From Acidobacteriota bacterium (GTDB lineage Bacteria > Acidobacteriota > UBA890 > WLXD01): a stretch of 64,000 bases of DNA. The notes under the pieces are model-generated. The model was not told the origin of the DNA. It did no database searches and worked only from the letters and a program-made list of their open reading frames with translations. Position 1 is the stretch's first letter. The number at the start of each line of letters is the position of its first letter. Made by a program: the position numbers and the translations under genes. Shown in pieces: positions 57,922 to 64,000 of this stretch. The stretch lies in contig CBDFKD010000002.1 in the NCBI GenBank assembly GCA_965248695.1, forward strand, positions 5,056,001-5,120,000, given 5' to 3'.

Positions 57922-58869
57922 ATGTGTGGAATCGCCGGGATCATTCACCGCAACAAGACGGGCAACGTCGGCGCCGAGATGACCGGCATGCTCCAGGCCA
58001 TGAAGCATCGTGGTCCGGACTCGACCGGGTTCGCGTTTTACGGTGTTCCGAACGAAGACGAGTTGCTGCTGCGCTTCAAGGTAGCGGAGCATGAGGATCT
58101 TGAGACGGGTTTCGAGATCCACGATGCGATCAAGCGACGCCGCGCCGAGGTGGACGAGCGCATCGAATCGATGGGCGGCGATATTCAGGTGGCCGAGGCG
58201 CCGACCGAGTATGCCTTCCTCTACCGCCTCCGTTTTGATCCCAAGCTCGAGAGCCTGGCGCGTCTGGCCGACTATATCGAGGACGTCGACGGTGCCGAGG
58301 TGCTGTCGATTGGCAACGCGCTGGAGGTCGTCAAGGATCTGGGCGACGCCACCGAGGTGAGCAACCAATACGAGATGGGCAAGTTCGTTGGCACGCACGC
58401 CATCGGCCACACGCGCATGGCCACCGAGTCCGACGTCGATATCTGCTCGGCGCATCCGTACTGGGCCTACCCGGTCAGCGATGTCTCGGTGGTGCACAAC
58501 GGCCAGCTGACCAACTACTGGAGCAAGCGGCGCGAGCTGGAGCGCAGCGGCCACCGATTTCTCTCCGACTGTGATTCAGAGCTCATTGCCGTGTATGTCG
58601 CCGAGCTGACCGAGCGTGGGAAGTCGCTAGAGGAAGCGATGCGTCAGTCGGTGGACGAGCTCGACGGCGTATTCAGCTATCTGGTTGCCACCTCGGACGG
58701 GCTCGGTCTGGCCAAGGACACCATGGCCGCCAAGCCCATGGTGCTGTACGAAGGCGACGACTGCATCGTCATGGCCTCGGAGGAAGTGGCGATCCGGACC
58801 GTGTTCCAGGAGGAGATCGACACCTTTGATCCGTACGCCGGGGATGTACGTGTCTGGAGCACCAACTGA
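57922..58869 (+). CDS. N-methylglutamate synthase subunit A (GlxB/MgsA; Ntn amidotransferase)
   Basis: MCGIAG, HRGPDS.G, GHTRMATES, AHP, HNGQL.N, DSE, LDG.F, ASEE. Confidence 0.88.
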   Translation: MCGIAGIIHRNKTGNVGAEMTGMLQAMKHRGPDSTGFAFYGVPNEDELLLRFKVAEHEDLETGFEIHDAIKRRRAEVDERIESMGGDIQVAEAPTEYAFLYRLRFDPKLESLARLADYIEDVDGAEVLSIGNALEVVKDLGDATEVSNQYEMGKFVGTHAIGHTRMATESDVDICSAHPYWAYPVSDVSVVHNGQLTNYWSKRRELERSGHRFLSDCDSELIAVYVAELTERGKSLEEAMRQSVDELDGVFSYLVATSDGLGLAKDTMAAKPMVLYEGDDCIVMASEEVAIRTVFQEEIDTFDPYAGDVRVWSTN

Positions 58870-59681
58870 TGACTGATGTCCACGCGGAGCCACTGAAGGG
58901 CCGTTCCTACAAGACCATGTTCCGGGCCGAGGAAGGAGAAAACCTCGTCTATCCGGACAGCGTCGAGGTCGACTTCGATAGCCGTGCTGAATTCGATGCT
59001 GCCGAGATGGACACCAGCTCGATCAACAAGCGCATCCGTGAGCTCATGGGCGAGGGCCACGGTCACATCGTGGTCCTCAATCCGGGCGCCAAGCATTCCC
59101 TCGGCGTGGGTATCCTCAATCGGCTGCAGCTGGATTTCGATGGATCACTGGGCTACTTCGGGATCGGACTCAACGATGGTCCGAACGTACGCATCCGGGG
59201 ACGAGTCGGCTGGTCATGTGGAGAGAACATGATGGCCGGTACCATCGTCATCGAAAAGAACGCCGGCTCGTGTTTCGGCGCCGCGATCCGCGGCGGCGAT
59301 CTCGTCTGCAGGGGAGACGTCGGAGCGCGAACCGGGATCAACCAGAAGGGTGGAACCATCATCGTAGGTGGCCGAACCGGAATGCTCTCGGGGTTCATGA
59401 TGCAGCGCGGCCGCATGATCTTTCTCGGCGACGCTGGCGAGAGCCTCGGTGACTCGATGTATGACGGCACCATCTTCGTCGGCGGCGAGATCGCGTCGTT
59501 GGGAATCGATGCGGTACCCGGAGAGATGACCGATGTCGAGGCGCATTGGTTGCAGCGCAAGCTCGATCTCTACGGCCTCAAAGCACCCAACGGCGTCGAG
59601 AAGCTGCAGAAGATCGTTGCCGGCAAACAGCTTTGGAACTACGACAACCTCGAACCTACTGAAAAGAAGATCGTCCTGTGA
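58869..59681 (+). CDS. N-methylglutamate synthase subunit B (GlxC/MgsB; GXGXG beta-helix)
   Basis: NP.AKHS.GVG, GS.GYF, ENMM.G, G.VGAR.GI..KG, GDS.Y, LWNYD. Confidence 0.9.
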   Translation: MTDVHAEPLKGRSYKTMFRAEEGENLVYPDSVEVDFDSRAEFDAAEMDTSSINKRIRELMGEGHGHIVVLNPGAKHSLGVGILNRLQLDFDGSLGYFGIGLNDGPNVRIRGRVGWSCGENMMAGTIVIEKNAGSCFGAAIRGGDLVCRGDVGARTGINQKGGTIIVGGRTGMLSGFMMQRGRMIFLGDAGESLGDSMYDGTIFVGGEIASLGIDAVPGEMTDVEAHWLQRKLDLYGLKAPNGVEKLQKIVAGKQLWNYDNLEPTEKKIVL

Positions 59682-61021
59682 CTGATAACGGCAAGCGCAA
59701 CAAGGACGTCCTGGGTGAGAACTTTCTGTTCAAGCCCAGCGTTATCGACGACATCCACATCAAAGCGGATCTCGGCCGCTACCGCATGCGCGGCATGGCG
59801 CTGTTCAAGACCATCCCTACCTGGGATGACCTGACGTTCCTGCCCGGCACGCTGACGCGCTTCGTGATCGAAGGCTATCGCGAGAAGTGTCTGACGAAGA
59901 CGGTTCTCGGCCCGAAGGCCAAGCGCCCGCTGGAGCTCGATATCCCGATCTACATCACCGGCATGAGCTTCGGGGCGCTTTCGTACGAGGCCAAGGTAGC
60001 GCTGGCACGCGGTGCGACGATGGCTGGAACCGCCACTTGCTCGGGGGAGGGCGGCATGCTGCCGGACGAGCGCCGTTACTCGTCGAAGTGGCTCTACCAG
60101 TGCATCCAGTCGCGCTACGGGTTCAACCCGCATCATCTTCGACTCGCTGACGGCTGCGAGTTCTTCATCGGACAGGGCTGCAAGGTGGGGCTTGGCGGGC
60201 ACCTCATGGGGCAGAAGGTCACCGATCAGGTGGCCGAGATGCGCAATCTGCCGGCCGGAATCGACCAGCGCTCACCGGCGAGACATCCGGACTGGCTGGG
60301 ACCGGACGATCTGGCTCTGAAGATCGACGAGATCCGCGAGGCGACCAACGGGGAGATCCCCATCCAGCTCAAGCTCGGATCGGCGCGTGTCTACGACGAT
60401 GTTCGCATGGCCGCCAAGACGGGTCCGGATAGCATCTACCTCGACGGTATGGAGGGCTCGACGGGAGCCGGTCCGCATCTCGCCACCGAAGAGACGGGAG
60501 TGCCGGGAATCGCTGCCATCCGGCAGGCGCGCCACGCGCTCGATGACGTGGGCAAGACCGGGGAGATATCGCTCGTCTACGCCGGCGGTATCCGCAACGG
60601 CGCCGACGTCGCCAAGGCCCTGGCGCTGGGTGCCGACGCCATCGCGATTGGCACAGCCGCTATGGTGGCGCTCAACTGCAACCGCGACATTCCAGAGGCC
60701 GACTTTGAGGGAACCATCGGCGTGCCGGCGGGTTACTGCTATCACTGCCACACCGGTCTGTGCCCGGTCGGTGTCGCCACTCAGGATCCGGAGCTGCGCA
60801 AGCGGCTGGATCCCGACGAGGCGGCGATCCGTGTCTACAACTTCCTGCATACGCTGGCCATCGAGTGCCAGATGATGGCGCGCGCCTGCGGCAAGACGAA
60901 CGTGCACTCGCTGGAGCCCGAAGACCTGGCGGCGTTGACCTCCGAGGCGTCGGCCATGGCCGAGGTGCCGCTCGCCGGCACCCGATACACCGTCGGCCAT
61001 CCGGAAATGACCCGGTTCTGA
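59678..61021 (+). CDS. N-methylglutamate synthase subunit C (GlxD/MgsC; FMN-binding glutamate synthase domain)
   Basis: EGYREKC.T, GMSFGALS, GEGGM, GQG.K.G.GG.L.GQK, DQRS..RHPDW.GPDDL, GGIR.G.D, CYHCHTG.CP.G..TQ, RACGK. Confidence 0.93.
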   Translation: MTDNGKRNKDVLGENFLFKPSVIDDIHIKADLGRYRMRGMALFKTIPTWDDLTFLPGTLTRFVIEGYREKCLTKTVLGPKAKRPLELDIPIYITGMSFGALSYEAKVALARGATMAGTATCSGEGGMLPDERRYSSKWLYQCIQSRYGFNPHHLRLADGCEFFIGQGCKVGLGGHLMGQKVTDQVAEMRNLPAGIDQRSPARHPDWLGPDDLALKIDEIREATNGEIPIQLKLGSARVYDDVRMAAKTGPDSIYLDGMEGSTGAGPHLATEETGVPGIAAIRQARHALDDVGKTGEISLVYAGGIRNGADVAKALALGADAIAIGTAAMVALNCNRDIPEADFEGTIGVPAGYCYHCHTGLCPVGVATQDPELRKRLDPDEAAIRVYNFLHTLAIECQMMARACGKTNVHSLEPEDLAALTSEASAMAEVPLAGTRYTVGHPEMTRF

Positions 61022-61059
61022 CAGACCCGATCCTGAGCGACCTGATTCCGAGAGACGCT

Positions 61060-61470
61060 GTGAACGACGAAGCCTCGAAGCCAGACGAAGAGCAGGACGT
61101 CGACTACTACCTCAAGTCGAGCGGGCTGGATACCGACCGCGAGGTCGAGATCGGCCAGCACATCGGCTACCGGTACGACGTCAACCTCGTTCCCGACTAC
61201 TCGCTGCTCACTCCGTTGCTGAAGAAGTACATCGAGCTGATGGGCTGGGACGATCTCAACTGGATGGAGGACGTCCATATGGGCTACGAGGAAGGCCGTT
61301 CGGCGGTCTTCGATCGCAACATCAACGGTTGGGTTGTCGTGCCAGACGACATGGAACTGCCTGACTCGCAACAAGAGCGAGATATGGTAGCGCGCGAGTT
61401 ACTGTTGAAGTTCCAGATGTCGCCGCAGCATCCGCTCTACGACCTGGGCGAGAGACACAAGAAGTTCTGA
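61060..61470 (+). CDS. hypothetical acidic 136-aa protein
   Basis: Codon usage matches the neighbours. It fills the gap between mgsC and the ACAD-fold gene. The GTG start is inferred. Confidence 0.8.
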   Translation: MNDEASKPDEEQDVDYYLKSSGLDTDREVEIGQHIGYRYDVNLVPDYSLLTPLLKKYIELMGWDDLNWMEDVHMGYEEGRSAVFDRNINGWVVVPDDMELPDSQQERDMVARELLLKFQMSPQHPLYDLGERHKKF

Positions 61471-61529
61471 CGTCCAGGGTGGTCGCGCGGCGGCCAGCAT
61501 CGGTCGACGTTAACGAATGCGAGGCTGAC

Positions 61530-62927
61530 TTGAGCGACACCAAGAAGTGGGGCACAGAAGAGTTCTGGGGGCTGGCATATGATTGGGATCCGCAGTGGAT
61601 CCTGACGCCGGAACAGCAAGGGCTCCAGGCGGCCTTGATCGACCTGTGCCAGACCTCCATGCGTGACAACGCCGTGGAAAGCGATCGCGAGCTGATCTTC
61701 CCGCGCAAGAACTTCGAAGCGCTTGCCTCGCTCGGCCTGCTGGGCCTTATGGTGCCGAAGGACCTCGGCGGCCGCGGTGAGAACCACACGTGCTTGGCGA
61801 TGGTGGTCGAGACGATCGCGCGGTACGGCTGCCCGAGCACGGCGATGTGCTACACGATGCACATCGGCGCGATGGCGGCGGCGATGCTCCGGGCTCACGG
61901 CAGCGAGACCATCCAGAACCTGATGCGGCGGCTCGATGACGAGGTGCTGGTCGGCACGCTGTCGTATTCCGATCCCGAGACCGGTTCTCACTTCTGGTAT
62001 CCGTTCTCGTCCAGCGCCGAGCGTGTTGACGGCGGCTGGAAGGTCAACAAGAAGGCATCCTGGACGACCTCGGGCGGGTTCGCTGACTGGTACATCATCC
62101 AGACCACCAGCCCGGACTTCGATGGCGACTACTCGGATCTGTCCTGCTTCCTGATCATGGCCGACGAGATCAAAGCAGATCCGTCCACTTGGGACGGCCT
62201 CGGTTTGCGCGGCAACCAATCAGGACCCCTGTACGTGGAGGACAAGACGATCCCCGAGGACCGCCTCATCGGGCCGATCGGCGATGGTGCGAGCTCGAAC
62301 GACGAGGCGGTCGACCCCTTCTTCCTGCTGTGCTCCTCCTCGTGCTGGAACGGCATCTCGATGGGTCTGATCGATATCACCAAGGGGCACACGACCAAGA
62401 AGAAGCATGTCGACGTGGGAATGCGAGTGTGCGATTACCCGACGATTCAGGACTACGTCGGCGAAGCAGTGATCGACACGAACACGTCGCGCGCCTTCGT
62501 CTATCAGCTGGCCTCGGCGATGGACAAGAAGACCGATGACTGCGACTGGTCTCTGCACGAGGATCTCTCGGTATTGCCGCGGTCGACCGTCTTGCACTGG
62601 ATGTGGCAGGTGAAGTTCACCGCTGCCAAGAACGTTGCCCACGTGGCCGACAAGATGCTCCACGCCTGTGGTGGCACGGGTTACAAGCCGGCGCTCGGTA
62701 TCGAGCGATACCTTCGCGACGGCAAGGCGGGTTGGGTCATGGGGCCGACCAACGAGGTGTTGCGCCAGTTTGTCGGCAAGGCGGTGCTCCTGGGCTTCGA
62801 CTCGCTGGACTACTGGAACCAGTCGATCAACGAGCGGGCGCTCCACAACGAGATCAAGAAGATGGACGCCGCGGCCAAGAGCGCGCTCGCCAAGCAGCTG
62901 CTCGCGGAGGCCGAGGAATCGCAGTGA
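61530..62927 (+). CDS. acyl-CoA dehydrogenase-fold flavoprotein, non-canonical
   Basis: GL.VP..LGG.G, S.PETGS, K..W.TS, W.GLGLRG..S, CGG.GY, IERYLRD, TNEV. The TTG start is inferred (GAGG upstream). Confidence 0.9.
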   Translation: MSDTKKWGTEEFWGLAYDWDPQWILTPEQQGLQAALIDLCQTSMRDNAVESDRELIFPRKNFEALASLGLLGLMVPKDLGGRGENHTCLAMVVETIARYGCPSTAMCYTMHIGAMAAAMLRAHGSETIQNLMRRLDDEVLVGTLSYSDPETGSHFWYPFSSSAERVDGGWKVNKKASWTTSGGFADWYIIQTTSPDFDGDYSDLSCFLIMADEIKADPSTWDGLGLRGNQSGPLYVEDKTIPEDRLIGPIGDGASSNDEAVDPFFLLCSSSCWNGISMGLIDITKGHTTKKKHVDVGMRVCDYPTIQDYVGEAVIDTNTSRAFVYQLASAMDKKTDDCDWSLHEDLSVLPRSTVLHWMWQVKFTAAKNVAHVADKMLHACGGTGYKPALGIERYLRDGKAGWVMGPTNEVLRQFVGKAVLLGFDSLDYWNQSINERALHNEIKKMDAAAKSALAKQLLAEAEESQ

Positions 62928-64000
62928 TCCAGTCGCAGCTCGATGGGCCGCGATGGGCCGCGGGGGGCCTACTTCACCAGATCCCCGGTAGGGAGCGCTA
63001 TCGAGTCGCCGGCGGCGGCGCCACGGTCGTGGCACTGGCGGCCGGCGATCGCATCGACATCACCGACGTCGAGGGCGGCCAGCGCTGTGAGCTGGCGGTG
63101 TTCTCTCCGACCGGCGGCGAGGACAGCGCAGCACTCAACGCGGCTCCCGACAGCCAGCTGGGCGTGCTGGGTATCGCTCAGGCAAGCCGCGAGGGCGATG
63201 CGGGCGCCGCGGTGGCGTCGCTGCTGGCGCACGGTATCGATCCGCGCGGAGCTCCGGCGCTACAGCTGTTTCGGGGCGACGGGCCCGCTGGCGCACAGGA
63301 GTCGTTCACCGCCGAGCGCGACGTCGTCTGTATCGTCGGCGCCCCCGGCGGTCCCATGCGTGTCGATGCGCAGGATCCACCCACCGATCTCGAGATGATC
63401 ATCCAACGTGCCCGGGTGACCGAGACCCCGGAGACCCCACTACCCGCCCCACTCGGCGATATGCGGATCGACCTGCGGGTGGAGCGTGCCGGGGCGCGCG
63501 CCTACGAGGTGAAGGCCGGCGAGTACATTCAGGTGATCGACGTTGCTGGTCAACAGTGCTCGGATTTCCTCGCATTCCGGTCCGATGCCCTCCAAGACGG
63601 GGTGGAGAAAGGGCTGGACCCCACTGCCACCCGCACTTTCATGGGTGCGGCGTATCCCGGGCCCGGCCTGTACTCGAAATTCTTCGACCCGGATCTACAG
63701 GCGCTTGTCGAAGTCGTTCGCGATACGGTCGGCCGCCACGACACCTTCGGCCTGGCATGTACGGCGAAATACTACGAGGACATGGGGTACTTCGGTCACG
63801 CCAACTGTTCCGACAACTTCAACGCCGAGCTGGATCCGTTCACCATCGCGCCGCGCAAGGGTTGGCCGGCGATCAACTTCTTCTACAATACGCGCATCGA
63901 CGACGACAACGTCCTTTACCTCGATGAGCCGTGGTCGCGACCCGGCGACTACGTCTTGCTTCGCGCCCTGACCGATCTTGTTTGTTTGACTTCGGCCTGT
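62924..64000 (+). CDS. tdm: trimethylamine N-oxide demethylase-like (DUF1989 + presumably GcvT), 3'-partial
   Basis: Missing from the ORF track because it has no stop in the window. Translated by hand: ERYRVAGGG, DVEGGQRCEL, AYEVKAGEYIQVIDVAGQQCSDF, DTVGRHDTFGLAC..KYYEDMGYFGHANCSDNFN, INFFYNT, SRPGDYVLLRALTDLVC.TSAC. Confidence 0.85.
   Translation, partial: MIQSQLDGPRWAAGGLLHQIPGRERYRVAGGGATVVALAAGDRIDITDVEGGQRCELAVFSPTGGEDSAALNAAPDSQLGVLGIAQASREGDAGAAVASLLAHGIDPRGAPALQLFRGDGPAGAQESFTAERDVVCIVGAPGGPMRVDAQDPPTDLEMIIQRARVTETPETPLPAPLGDMRIDLRVERAGARAYEVKAGEYIQVIDVAGQQCSDFLAFRSDALQDGVEKGLDPTATRTFMGAAYPGPGLYSKFFDPDLQALVEVVRDTVGRHDTFGLACTAKYYEDMGYFGHANCSDNFNAELDPFTIAPRKGWPAINFFYNTRIDDDNVLYLDEPWSRPGDYVLLRALTDLVCLTSAC

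Noticed and set aside
43598-64000. Genomic island integrated at tRNA-Val
   Set aside because: The accessory genes lie on the 5' side of the tRNA, and no integrase or duplicated tRNA 3' end is visible.

Overview
GC-rich bacterial chromosome segment. Gene order and protein forms suggest Acidobacteriota or a related lineage (inference). 1-2.8 kb: the right end of an IS256-family element abutting a 5'-truncated PAS-GGDEF-EAL gene, then a small atypical HTH gene. 2.9-43.7 kb is mostly core genome: purA, hutH, tsaB, mutS, anmK, ilvE, pilT-like, recX, alaS, cell-wall hydrolases, pgsA, pepA, dcd, and the long minus-strand run tRNA-Val-thrS-infC-rpmI-rplT-pheS-pheT-zapB/zapA-rny-ymdB-xseAB-ispA-tlyA-nadK. 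43.8-51 kb is accessory: BioY-like, orphan ParA, a beta-propeller with an inserted 6-TM domain, GST and an S9 peptidase. 51.2-64 kb is a methylated-amine cluster: soxBDAG/mgd-like, GS-like, mgsABC/glxBCD, an unknown small protein, an ACAD-fold protein lacking the catalytic Glu, and a Tdm-like gene cut by the window edge. Two things stand out. (1) A 565-bp non-coding nested element sits exactly at the CTAG joining the pheS stop to the pheT start. Two different IS-type terminal-repeat families each carry an inverted pair of the same covarying hairpin module, and remnants occur at other gene boundaries (dcd, recX). (2) The uncharacterised small protein plus ACAD-fold gene pair lies inside the TMAO/N-methylglutamate pathway cluster. 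All calls come from motif recognition by eye; no searches were run.
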